A DNA stretch of 62,816 nucleotides, counting the filler, from Octopus bimaculoides (Eukaryota), in the NCBI RefSeq assembly GCF_001194135.2. It is 6 parts of 6 records of this genome, joined end to end, with 100 filler letters (N's around TTAATTAATTAA, not from the genome) between each part and the next. Parts side by side here need not be neighbours in the genome. Positions count along the whole stretch, not along the records: positions 1 to 31,046 come from NC_068994.1; positions 31,147 to 41,395 come from NC_068997.1; 4 more parts are not named here. One strand, given 5' to 3'. Each line of letters opens with the position of its first letter. The first letter of the stretch is position 1. The notes beneath the pieces were generated by a model that searched no databases, was not told where the DNA came from, and saw nothing but the letters and a program-made list of their open reading frames with translations. The translations under genes and the position numbers were made by a program. This document shows positions 25,141 to 36,502 of this stretch, piece by piece.

Positions 25141-25929
25141 TTAAGTTTGCTTGTTTTCAAAATAACTAAGGATTGAAGTTAAACAAAGTTTCATATTATA
25201 TATTTTCAGACAATTAATAAAGTTTGTTAATTAGTTATCATTAGAAGTGCTCATGCAACTTCTTGCAAGAAGCAAATCAATTCTATAAATGTATCCCCAG
25301 TGCAGCATAGCAAATGAGCTTACTAATATTTAGAATATAATAAGATATTGATTGTCTTTCATTAATCATCAAACATGGGGTGTATGAAATTTATTTCTGT
25401 AAATTCATCATCAATAATTACATCATGGTAAATGCATCATTGTTTGGAGATTTCATCACAAGGTAATTACTTCACAAGCCAATATTGTGTTGCTAAATCC
25501 ATCGTCGTAATAGATACATTACTTAATTAATTGTCGTACTTTTATCCACAGAGTAAATACATTGTTAAATATTATTTAAAGTTTGTGTTCACAGAATAAA
25601 TGCCACATTTCATTAACAATGAAAAGAAAATTCAAAGAGCAATAAATTATCAATATCAAATTTCATCAAAATATACATGAAGAAAAAAAAAATCAGTTGC
25701 TTTGAAAGACAGAATAACAAAATAAAAATATAAAGAGAAAAATAGTCTTAAATTGGAAAAAGCAAGAATCATTCTAAAGACACTAATTATGGTCAATGCC
25801 TCAGTAATTCTAAGATTTGATATTCATTGATGATGCATTGAATTCTTGCTACACTAGCTTTATATATATATATAAAGTATTGTTTATGGCCACTTTAATG
25901 TGTGTGTGTGTGTGTGCGAGTACATGTGT

Positions 25930-26700
25930 ATAATGAGGAAGTTTTGCACCAGAGATACATTGTCCGGTTATTGATTGTTCTTCATCAAGATTTCGGAAAA
26001 ATTTGCTGTTTATAAGATGCAATGCCTCAACCAGTCTACTGTAGACTTGATGTAAACCTTCACAAAAATTACATTTTTCTCAGAAGCATCTCCCTGGGCT
26101 GCAGTAAGAAAACGAAAATTCCAAACAGTAAGATCAAAATGAGGAAGTTGATACACAAAGTAACAAGCCACTTATCTAATCTACATATCTTTTACATAAT
26201 ATAAGACTGGCCAGGCTTCTTCAGAAAGAACTATATTTTAAGACAGATTCAAATGCAATAAGAGCAATTGTGTACATCTTCGTAGCAAATTTTGCATCAT
26301 TTCATATAATTGTTGTAAACCATTTCTTTGTATGGTTCAAGATGAGGAAAAAATGGCAAAAATAACTTTTTTTATTATGGTTGAATTTGGCAAAACTGCT
26401 CTCAAAGCATCGCTGGCAGCTCATTCAGATCTGCTATAGTCAAGATAAGGTTGCCTCTAAGGATTTCAGCTTGGCATAAAAGCTCATTGTGACTCTCTTC
26501 AGTTCTTCAGGCCATGAAAGAACTGGTAAAAAAAAAAACATTATCATTCACAATGCTGTCAACAGCATTATAAATTGTAATGTACTGTTGAGGGAATAAA
26601 GGCAGAACCAACATGAAAGTCCTGTCAGCATACTGGCTCATTTTGGATTGGATAACAATTAATGGTATCCTTGCACTAAAAATGAAATGACTCTGCTCAA
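25930..26700 (-). pseudogene. Decayed Mutator-like (MULE) transposase catalytic region
   Basis: With frameshifts: ADRTFMLVLPLFPQQYITIY (DGTF..P..F.QLYTI), RTEESHNELL, ALRAVLPNSTI..FCHF, QRNGLQQLYE/NDAKFATKMYTIALIAF, PHFDLTVWN, NFCEGLHQ..RLVE; order matches my recollection of MULE DDE transposases. Confidence 0.7.
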
Positions 26701-26711
26701 TCAATAATCAG

Positions 26712-26874
26712 GTACAGGCACGGATGAATAGTAAGAAGCTTGCTTCCCAATCACATGGTTCAGGGTTCAGTCCCACTGTGTAGCACTTTGGGCAAAATGT
26801 CTTTTGGTATAGTCTCAGGCTGACCAAAGCCTTGTGAGTGGATTTGGTAGGTGGAAACTAAATGAAGCCCATCA

Positions 26875-26880
<6 letters not shown>
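26712..26880 (+). mobile_element. SINE family B 5' half followed by a (TA)n tract
   Basis: gtaagaagcttgcttcccaatcacatggttcagggttcagtccc...gtgagtggatttggtaggtggaaact; interrupts the MULE relic. Confidence 0.8.
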
Positions 26881-26950
<70 letters not shown>

Positions 26951-27024
26951 GGAGTAAGCACATAACGGTTTTTTTGTTATATTTCTGCTGCTTTTAAATA
27001 AAGTATATATATATATATATATAC

Positions 27025-27190
27025 ACTCTCTGAGTGGTTGGCGTTAAGAAGGGCATCCAGCTGTAGAAACTCTGCCAAATTAGATTGGAGCCTGGTGTTG
27101 CCATCCGGTTTCACCAGTCCTCAGTCAAATCGTCCAACCCATGCTAGCATGGAAAGCGGACGTTAAACGATGATGATGATGATGATGATA
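27025..27190 (+). mobile_element. Short element made of the RTE 3' UTR with a (GAT)n tail
   Basis: gagtggttggcgttaagaagggcatccagctgtagaaac...cagtcaaatcgtccaacccatgctagcatggaaagcggacgttaaacgatgatg matches 56785-56925. Confidence 0.8.
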
Positions 27191-27337
27191 CACATGAACA
27201 ACTAGACTCCTTCCTCTCTTTTGTCCAGTCTTTCATCCTGCCCTCCAGTCTTTCCATCCTGTCTATTTGCTTTTCAGAGGCCTCTTCAGAGTCTTGCAAA
27301 ATAAGACCCTTCATAATATTAATCCCATTTTTAAGGT

Positions 27338-27535
27338 AGTGAGCCAGCAAAATCATTAGTATGCTTGACAAAATGCTTAGTGCCATTTCGTTCATCTTTA
27401 CATTTCGAGTTCAAATTCTGCCGAGGTCGACTGTGCCTTTCATTTTTTTTGAGGTCAATAAAATAAGTACCAGTTGGGTAAAAGAGGTGATGTAATCGAC
27501 TTGCTCCAACCCACAAAATTTGAAATCAATATTAG
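27338..27535 (+). mobile_element. SINE, family A
   Basis: gagccagcaaaatcattag...gagttcaaattctgccgaggtcgac...aaataagtaccagttg. Confidence 0.8.
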
Positions 27536-27547
27536 TTCCATTTTTAA

Positions 27548-27975
27548 ATACTTTTATTCTTTTACTTGTTTCAGTCATTTGATTGTGTTGATGCTGAAGC
27601 ACCACCTTCATGGATTTTAGTCAAACAAATCAACCCTAGGGCTTATTTTTTAAGCCTAGTACTTATTCTATTGATCTCTTTTGCCAAACTGATAAGTTAC
27701 AAGGACATAAACACAGCAGCATCGGTTATCATGTGATGGAGGAGAGAAAAACACAGACACAAAGACACACACACACATACATGACAGGCTTCTTTCATTT
27801 TCTGTCTAGCAAATCCACTAATTTGCTAGACAGAAATTTGGTCAGCCTGAAGCTATAGTAGAAGCTATATGGTCTGAGGCTATAGTAAAAGACACTTACC
27901 CAAGGTACCACACTGTGGGACTGAACCCAGAACCATGTGGTTGGGAAGCAAGCTTCTTACCACACAGCCAAACCA
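27548..27975 (-). mobile_element. SINE family B
   Basis: Reverse complement consensus from ttattcttttacttgtttcagtc to gggactgaacccagaaccatgtggttgggaagcaagc. Confidence 0.8.
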
Positions 27976-28559
27976 ACTTTCCTTTTACTGATAAATTATT
28001 ACAATCAATAATTTTTTTTGCTTTGTCTTGATTTTTTTTTCTCTCAGTTCTTTCACTTATAACACAATCGACGGCCATTTTGACGAGCTAAATTTTTCCT
28101 AACTATTTAAACCAGCAAACAAAATATGTACATTCGATTTTCCAGGAATAATGTCTGTAAGTATTTAAATATACTGAAAGGGATTGAATGATGGAAGTAT
28201 CATATCCCCGTCTTCGTTTCCAAATAATCATTAAAAACTTTCACTATAAGCATGACGTTGAATTTAATGATGGTGTATTTGGCATGACAATGCATACAAT
28301 GCATTCACTAGCTATGTATTAGCTGACAATGTAATTATTAAGCAATGAAATTACTGGGCAATGAAATTATAGGTGATGGATTTACTATGATGTAATTACA
28401 TGCAATCAATTTACTGTGGACCATCAAATATACTTGCCAGTGGCATTTTTCTTTTACAAGATGAAAACTAATGGTGATAACAAGAAATCACAGATAAAAC
28501 AAACAAAAAAAATACTTGAAATAGATATTTTTAGAAAATATATTTATATTTTGGCCTTA

Positions 28560-28815
28560 AATTGTTTTAGTCAAACAAATTGATGTTAGTACTTATTTTT
28601 TTTTTTTTTAAATCTGGTACTTATTTTATCAGCCCCTATTGCCAAACAACTAAGTTATGGGTATGAGAACAAACCAACATCAGTTGTCAAGCAGTGGTGA
28701 AGCTGAGCAAACAGAGACACATATACACACATACAGACTCACACATATACATACACACACATATATATAACCCATGCTAGCATGGAAAGCAGACGTTAAA
28801 CGATGATGATGATAT
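28560..28815. mobile_element. Family B 3' fragment (-) plus an RTE-tail fragment (+, about 28770-28815)
   Basis: ggtacttattttatc...ctaagttatggg...gttgtcaagcagtgg; acccatgctagcatggaaagcagacgttaaacgatgatg. Confidence 0.65.
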
Positions 28816-28860
28816 ATATATATATATATATNNNNNNNNNNATATATATATATATTATAT

Positions 28861-28911
<51 letters not shown>

Positions 28912-29258
28912 TATATATATAAAGAGAGAGAGAGAGTGTGAGATATTTTATTTGTATACAAGGCTACCATTGGCTTCATGTTAATGAATACCTCAACAAT
29001 TATCAGCCTGAGATGAACAACAATGTTCCATGTGATAGGCTTGATACTTGGTGAGGCCTTCCCATACATGAAACCAATGGTAGCTTTAATACACAAATAA
29101 AGTATCTTTGTCCACCACTGCAGTGTTGAGCACTTATTCTCATTGTATGATATGTACATATACACAGACAGACAGACAGACAGACACATAGAGATAGGTA
29201 GATAGGTAGATAGATAGATATACATATGTATGTATGTATGTATGTATGTGTGTGTATG

Positions 29259-29295
<37 letters not shown>

Positions 29296-29899
29296 NNNNN
29301 NNNNNNNNNNNNNNNNNNNNNNNNNNNNNNNNNNNNNNNNNNNNNNNNNNNNNNNNNNNNNNNNNNNNNNNNNNNNNNNNNNNNNNNNNNNNNNNNNNNN
29401 NNNNNNNNNNNNNNNNNNNNNNNNNNNNNNNNNNNNNNNNNNNNNNNNNNNNNNNNNNNNNNNNNNNNNNNNNNNNNNNNNNNNNNNNNNNNNNNNNNNN
29501 NNNNNNNNNNNNNNNNNNNNNNNNNNNNNNNNNNNNNNNNNNNNNNNNNNNNNNNNNNNNNNNNNNNNNNNNNNNNNNNNNNNNNNNNNNNNNNNNNNNN
29601 NNNNNNNNNNNNNNNNNNNNNNNNNNNNNNNNNNNNNNNNNNNNNNNNNNNNNNNNNNNNNNNNNNNNNNNNNNNNNNNNNNNNNNNNNNNNNNNNNNNN
29701 NNNNNNNNNNNNNNNNNNNNNNNNNNNNNNNNNNNNNNNNNNNNNNNNNNNNNNNNNNNNNNNNNNNNNNNNNNNNNNNNNNNNNNNNNNNNNNNNNNNN
29801 NNNNNNNNNNNNNNNNNNNNNNNNNNNNNNNNNNNNNNNNNNNNNNNNNNNNNNNNNNNNNNNNNNNNNNNNNNNNNNNNNNNNNNNNNNNNNNNNNNN

Positions 29900-30210
29900 G
29901 TGAGTGTTTATTGAGCGAAAACACCTAAAGCTCCACAAGGCTCCGGCAGGGGATGGTGGCGAACCCTGCTGTACTCTTTCACCACAACTTTCTCTCACTC
30001 TTACTTCCTGTTTCTGTTGTGCCTGTAATTCAAAGGTTCAGCCTTGTCACACTGTGTCACGCTGAATATCCCCGAGAAATACGTTAAGGGTACACGTGTC
30101 TGTGGAATGCTCAGCCACTTGCACGTTAATTTCACAAGCAGGCTGTTCTGTTGATCGGATCAACTGGAACCCTCGATGTCGTAAGCGATGGAGTGCCAAC
30201 AACAACATAG
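29900..30210 (+). mobile_element. SINE family C (head lost in the gap)
   Basis: Close reverse complement of about 9570-9880; ends ggagtgccaacaacaac. Confidence 0.85.
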
Positions 30211-30877
30211 TACTTACATTGAAATCTCCACAATGCTTCCCACCACCACCAGCACCACCATGCTGTTGAACATTCTGTTGAATAACCTATCCTGCTAGCA
30301 ATAAGTAACTGATGAATTAGTTTGTGTGATAGATAACATGGTGCAGTTAAAATATCAGAAGCAATTTATAGTACATAATTTAATAAGCTCGAAAAGCAGG
30401 CAGTTTGTAGCATAATTGGTAATGCAGTCACCCAGAAAGCAATTGATAAATGGGTCTACTGTTCCTTTTTGTTGCAGACTGGGACTTATAATGTTGAATA
30501 CCAAGCTTTGGAAAGAGTTGAAATGATTGGAAATTTTAGGAGCCTTCAAAGTCCCTTTAAATAATCTTCAAAAGGGACTTATAAAAAGGATCCCTCTGTT
30601 TTCATCTGCTAGTCTAGCCTGTGTGGTATACACTGAGAACAAATGTTACTGGCGTACTAGACTTTTTGTAGGCAAGGAACAAATGTACAAACTCTTCAGG
30701 TGGGCAATAATGAAGGTATGAATGGTAGAGATATATTCTTATATACATAGAGAAATGGGTAGATAAAGTGATTGAGGAAATCAGAATGTGAGATAGGATT
30801 CTTAAGCTAAGATTAGTATTAGATACAAGTGGATGAGCATTCCAGTAACATTTGTCTTCGTATATAGGTGGAAGTGT

Positions 30878-31030
30878 GGCTATGAGGCAAGAAGTTTTTT
30901 TCCCAACCACATGGTTCCGGGTTCAGTCCCATTGCATGGCGCCTTGGGCAAGTGTCTTCTACTATAGTCATAGGCCAACCAAAGCATTGTGAGTGGTGGA
31001 CAGAAACTGAAAGAAGCCTGTCATGTATAT
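30878..31030 (+). mobile_element. SINE family B 5' half
   Basis: cccaaccacatggttccgggttcagtccc...gccttgggcaagtgtcttctactatag. Confidence 0.8.
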
Positions 31031-31046
31031 ATATATATATATATAT

Positions 31047-31146
31047 NNNNNNNNNNNNNNNNNNNNNNNNNNNNNNNNNNNNNNNNNNNNTTAATTAATT
31101 AANNNNNNNNNNNNNNNNNNNNNNNNNNNNNNNNNNNNNNNNNNNN
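31047..31146. other. Assembly join marker 44N-TTAATTAATTAA-44N (also at 41396-41495, 49251-49350, 52967-53066, 59680-59779)
   Basis: Identical 100-nt geometry five times; the 12-mer has stop codons in all six frames. Confidence 0.95.
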
Positions 31147-31179
<33 letters not shown>

Positions 31180-32107
31180 CGTATATGTGTGTACGTATAC
31201 ATGTATATATCTGTAAATAAATGAATAAATGTCTTTGTGTATGGGTAAATATATGTATATATGTATGTGTGTGTCTGTATATTTATATATATATATATAC
31301 ACAGTCAAGTTTTTTCATGTGTTTGTGTGTGTGCTTTTCTATATATATCACAGTAGTAACTAATAATAATGAGCTTATTATACACGCTGATCACCTGCAC
31401 TGCAACTTGTCGGGAAAGGGTAGACGAGAAAGAAGATAGCAAGCAAGCAGCCAAAAAATCGAGTTTGTATATGTGTGTGTGTATACATACATATATATAA
31501 TATAAATATATATANNNNNNNNNNNNNNNNNNNNNNNNNNNNNNNNNNNNNNNNNNNNNNNNNNNNNNNNNNNNNNNNNNNNNNNNNNNNNNNNNNNNNN
31601 NNNNNNNNNNNNNNNNNNNNNNNNNNNNNNNNNNNNNNNNNNNNNNNNNNNNNNNNNNNNNNNNNNNNNNNNNNNNNNNNNNNNNNNNNNNNNNNNNNNN
31701 NNNNNNNNNNNNNNNNNNNNNNNNNNNNNNNNNNNNNNNNNNNNNNNNNNNNNNNNNNNNNNNNNNNNNNNNNNNNNNNNNNNNNNNNNNNNNNNNNNNN
31801 NNNNNNNNNNNNNNNNNNNNNNNNNNNNNNNNNNNNNNNNNNNNNNNNNNNNNNNNNNNNNNNNNNNNNNNNNNNNNNNNNNNNNNNNNNNNNNNNNNNN
31901 NNNNNNNNNNNNNNNNNNNNNNNNNNNNNNNNNNNNNNNNNNNNNNNNNNNNNNNNNNNNNNNNNNNNNNNNNNNNNNNNNNNNNNNNNNNNNNNNNNNN
32001 NNNNNNNNNNNNNNNNNNNNNNNNNNNNNNNNNNNNNNNNNNNNNNNNNNNNNNNNNNNNNNNNNNNNNNNNNNNNNNNNNNNNNNNNNTATATATATAT
32101 ATATACA

Positions 32108-32290
32108 CAAGCGCAGGAGTGGCTGTGTGGCAAGTAGCTTACTTACAATACAAACCGTATGGTTCTAGGTTCATTCCCGCTCCGTGCCACCTTCGGCAAG
32201 TGTCAGAGCCTCGTGAGTGGATGTGGTAGACGGAAACTGAAAGAAGACCGTCGTATGTATGTATATATGTATGTATGTACTTCGTGTTTG
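32108..32290 (+). mobile_element. SINE family B 5' half
   Basis: gcgcaggagtggctgtgtggcaagtagc...gtgagtggatgtggtagacggaaactgaaagaagaccgtcg. Confidence 0.8.
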
Positions 32291-32903
32291 TATATAGTTT
32301 TCAAGATTCTTGATGGGAATTCGTGAGTTGAAACAAATCTCGTAGTGTATATAGCGAGGATTATTATGTTAACGAAAATCAAAATAAACACACGCACTGG
32401 TTCAATACCACATCCTCCTTTTACAATCTAACTATCGAACGGTTTCTTTAATGTGTTGTTGATGTGTCCTCACTGTTCAGACAGAAGAATGAGGGCATGT
32501 CGTTAATGAGGGCACTAATAGCGACGAAATTGCTCCGACAGAAAAAAACTGATGTCCGATTGATTATTCAATCAGCACGTTAAACCTAACTTAGTCGGTA
32601 AAATAAAGACTTATTGTTTTTGTTTTTTGAAAGGCAAAAGAGTGTAAGTTATAAGAAATAAATAATGTACTTCCTGCGTCAGGAATTTTATCTGTTATAT
32701 CAATATCTAATATTGAAATACCAAGAAAAACCCCTAACCACCTACCTGTATTATTAATTGTTCATAAGTTGCATTGTTATGGCTTTTGAAAAATATAATT
32801 AAAATATGAAAATGTAATTAAAACATTTACACACACACATTTACACTTATATCCACATGCATGTTCTTACATAGGTACATAGATACGTCAATAAATGTAC
32901 ATA

Positions 32904-33136
32904 CAGGAATGGCCAAAAGTCACCCGACAGTAAATCAAACCATTTAATTGCAAGGGTTATTTCTATTTAACAACCGAATGAATTTAATAAAAGCATTTAA
33001 ATATGAAACACCATGAAAATTGTTCAAAGTGAAATCCTTCTTGAGCGACACCTTTTTTCCATTTGAGTCAATACAGAATTACAGATAGTATTTACGGAAT
33101 TTTGATTTATTGTCTGGTGACTTTGGGCCGAAATTG
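32904..33136. mobile_element. Tc1/mariner-type MITE (233 bp) with TA on both sides
   Basis: Left TA|CAGGAATGGCCAAAAGTCACCCGACAGTAAATCAAA; right end in reverse complement TA|CAATTTCGGCCCAAAGTCACCAGACAATAAATCAAA. Confidence 0.75.
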
Positions 33137-33251
33137 TATATTATGATTTAGTACGAGAACTCAGTATGCTTTGTGGTCTGGAGTAAATATTTGAAATAAT
33201 CAATGAATTAATAAATGACAAGAGAACGGGAGTTACGTAATCGCTTCCATC

Positions 33252-33335
33252 AGCTTACAGCTGTTTCTGCTATATGAAGCACTTGGCGCCAAGCTGAGGG
33301 GTTCAGCAACATGATATAGGTAACCACTCGAAGCC
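33252..33335 (-). pseudogene. Degenerate sibling of the 17768 hammerhead motif
   Basis: 22/23 identity over agcttacagctgtttc.gctata; helix II partly pairs, but the CUGANGA strand has been replaced. Confidence 0.55.
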
Positions 33336-33365
33336 ATTTAAACTAAATGTATGAAACCACTCGCA

Positions 33366-33379
<14 letters not shown>

Positions 33380-33406
<27 letters not shown>

Positions 33407-33790
33407 TATAAATATATTTTAAATACATAATATATATGTGTATGTATTATACATACAATACATAGGCATATAGACAGATACATATATCTCTCTCTTCACA
33501 CAAACGCGCACATATATCTTATATACCTGCATGTATATTATATACACGTATGTGCATATATATATAACGCACACAAACACACACGCACACATATATATAA
33601 GTACACACACACATATATCTATGTACAGACACACACACATATATAAGTACACAAACACATACACATATATATAAGTACAAACTCACATACACATGTATAT
33701 AAGTACTGACACACAAATATATAAGTACACAAACACACACACACACACACATATAAGTACAGACACACTCACATACACACGCACATATTA
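33380..33790. repeat. Degenerate CA/TA-rich microsatellite and minisatellite tract
   Basis: Recurring atatataagtacac units among CA/TA runs. Confidence 0.85.
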
Positions 33791-34771
33791 TGCTCATAGA
33801 TTTCCTAATATTTTCTGTAAATCTCTGAAGAGAATTTACATTTCCATTCCTGCCTGATTGTAATAATGCATTACCATATTCTTATTCTTCAAAATCACGT
33901 ATGCACAACGTTACACACACACACACACACCCACCCACCCACACACACACACACCCACACANNNNNNNNNNNNNNNNNNNNNNNNNNNNNNNNNNNNNNN
34001 NNNNNNNNNNNNNNNNNNNNNNNNNNNNNNNNNNNNNNNNNNNNNNNNNNNNNNNNNNNNNNNNNNNNNNNNNNNNNNNNNNNNNNNNNNNNNNNNNNNN
34101 NNNNNNNNNNNNNNNNNNNNNNNNNNNNNNNNNNNNNNNNNNNNNNNNNNNNNNNNNNNNNNNNNNNNNNNNNNNNNNNNNNNNNNNNNNNNNNNNNNNN
34201 NNNNNNNNNNNNNNNNNNNNNNNNNNNNNNNNNNNNNNNNNNNNNNNNNNNNNNNNNNNNNNNNNNNNNNNNNNNNNNNNNNNNNNNNNNNNNNNNNNNN
34301 NNNNNNNNNNNNNNNNNNNNNNNNNNNNNNNNNNNNNNNNNNNNNNNNNNNNNNNNNNNNNNNNNNNNNNNNNNNNNNNNNNNNNNNNNNNNNNNNNNNN
34401 NNNNNNNNNNNNNNNNNNNNNNNNNNNNNNNNNNNNNNNNNNNNNNNNNNNNNNNNNNNNNNNNNNNNNNNNNNNNNNNNNNNNNNNNNNNNNNNNNNNN
34501 NNNNNNNNNNNNNNNNNNNNNNNNNNNNNNNNNNNNNNNNNNNNNNNNNNNNNNNNNNNNNNNNNNNNNNNNNNNNNNNNNNNNNNNNNNNNNNNNNNNN
34601 NNNNNNNNNNNNNNNNNNNNNNNNNNNNNNNNNNNNNNNNNNNNNNNNNNNNNNNNNNNNNNNNNNNNNNNNNNNNNNNNNNNNNNNNNNNNNNNNNNNN
34701 NNNNNNNNNNNNNNNNNNNNNNNNNNNNNNNNNNNNNNNNNNNNNNNNNNNNNNNNNNNNNNNNNNNNNNN

Positions 34772-34905
34772 CTCTTATTTTATCGAACCTCCAAGAGACG
34801 AAAGGCATTATCGACTTCGGCTGAATTTGAACTCAGAAATATAAAGACAGGCGAAATGCCGCTAAGTATTTTACCCAGTGTGCCACCAATTCCCCCAGCT
34901 CACTG
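34772..34905 (-). mobile_element. SINE family A (partial, abuts a gap)
   Basis: ttattttatcga...gaatttgaactcagaa...gcgaaatgccgctaagtatttt. Confidence 0.7.
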
Positions 34906-35001
34906 ACTGATGCTGATTTATAATAAAACATAATTTAACACTAAACTGAAAAAATCCTCAATATTTTTTGTAGAATACTTGTCTGTTATACTTTTGCCAG
35001 A

Positions 35002-35225
35002 AGGGTGGCGAGCTGGCAGAATCGTTGGTACGCCGGGCGAAATGCTTAGCGGTATTTCGTCTGCCATTACGTTCTGGGTTTAAATTCCGCCGCGGTCGAC
35101 ATTGCCTTTCATCATTTCGGGGTCGATGAAATAAATGCCATTTACGTACTGCAGTCAATATAATCGACTTAATCCTCTGGTTTGTCTCCTCTATATTCAG
35201 CCCCCTGTGGGCAATGAACAAATAT
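35002..35225 (+). mobile_element. SINE family A, tail variant
   Basis: ggtggcgagctggcagaatcgttgg...cgcggtcgac...gtttgtctcctctatattcagccccctgtgggcaat. Confidence 0.85.
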
Positions 35226-36047
35226 ATACTTTTGCCAGAAGATGAGTAGCAGGAACTTCGAAGTTTCAGCAATTCGTCGTATTTATTTAACTAACTATAT
35301 TCATTTTGTCATGTTGTTGTTGATGTTCAAAACCTAATAATCCGTATGGCTGGAGAAATCAGCTTCTTTTTTTAACTGAGTGTTTTACCTAATTCTTATA
35401 AATATTCTAAAAATTATAGTTCACGTAACATAATTGTAACTACTGCCCGACTTCTCTAACATGTGTGTACCTCCTGCTTGATTTTTTAAAAATTTCAATT
35501 AGATATGACTCAGCAGGTATTTATTGATTATGTGACATAAATGTTTTATCTCTAACTGTATTGTTACCGTGAGTGAAAGGCAAAAGAAAAAAGATTATCA
35601 CACTGGGCATGAAACCGCACCAGGTACCTATTAATGGCATGTCTTCATAACGATTCGTAAAACTGATATGTGTTGATTAATAGTGGCACAAATGCTACAT
35701 ATGGGATTACAGGGGGTAGAGCTAATTGTATTCACACCTAGTATCCGACTATTTTATTTTTTATATTTTATAGACCCTCGAGAAACTGAAACGCAAATTC
35801 AACACTGGCGGGATTTGAACTGGAGACGTAATTCAATACCGCAAGGTATTTTGTCAGTCGTTCTACTCATGATGCCATTTCTGTATATTGAATTTTATTC
35901 CGTCAAGCACCATACCAACGTTTTTTGCGGAGCCGACATCTTGTTTTATTGTCCCATGGCAAAAGATTAAAACTGAAATTGAGTGCGGTGTGATTTGAAC
36001 TCGAATTCGTACAGTAAGAGGCATATATCTAACAAAGCATCACACGT

Positions 36048-36116
36048 CTAGTTCGGCGCTCTGCTAACATCTAGTTCGGCGCTCTGCTAACATCTAGTTC
36101 GGCGCTCTGCTAACAT
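36048..36116 (+). repeat. Three perfect copies of the 23-mer CTAGTTCGGCGCTCTGCTAACAT
   Basis: Copies at 36048, 36071, 36094. Confidence 0.95.
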
Positions 36117-36185
36117 CTCCCCACACATTATCGACGTCGCTATTAACGGAACCTCTCCTGATATCAGCTCCAATCGTTACTTCGT

Positions 36186-36502
36186 AGATAAGTGGACGGT
36201 GAAATCACGTGGCCTAGAGATTAGGGTATTGTATTCACGATCGCTAGATCGTAGGTTCGATTTTCGAACCAAGTGGCGCATTGTGTTTTTGAGCAAAACA
36301 CTTCTTTTCACGTTGCTCCAGTCCACTCTGCTGTATGTGGGTGACACTGCAACAGACAAAACTTCCGATCAGGGAGAATGTTGCCTTACATGTGCAGCCA
36401 GGGGGGTGGCATCATTCGAAAGCTAAAACAATGCAAAGCGCATTGTGACCAGCGATATATAGCAACATCCGATACTCTGGTCGATCACGTGATCACGTGA
36501 TA
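36186..36502 (+). mobile_element. tRNA-derived SINE (family C-type head, different 3' module ending gatcacgtgatcacgtga)
   Basis: A-box-like TGGCCTAGAGA, B-box GGTTCGATTT, gcattgtgtttttgagcaaaacactt..cacgttgctccagtccactc. Confidence 0.75.

Noticed and set aside
30240-30870. Possible CR1 C-terminal remnant on the minus strand
   Set aside because: Similarity too weak to support by eye
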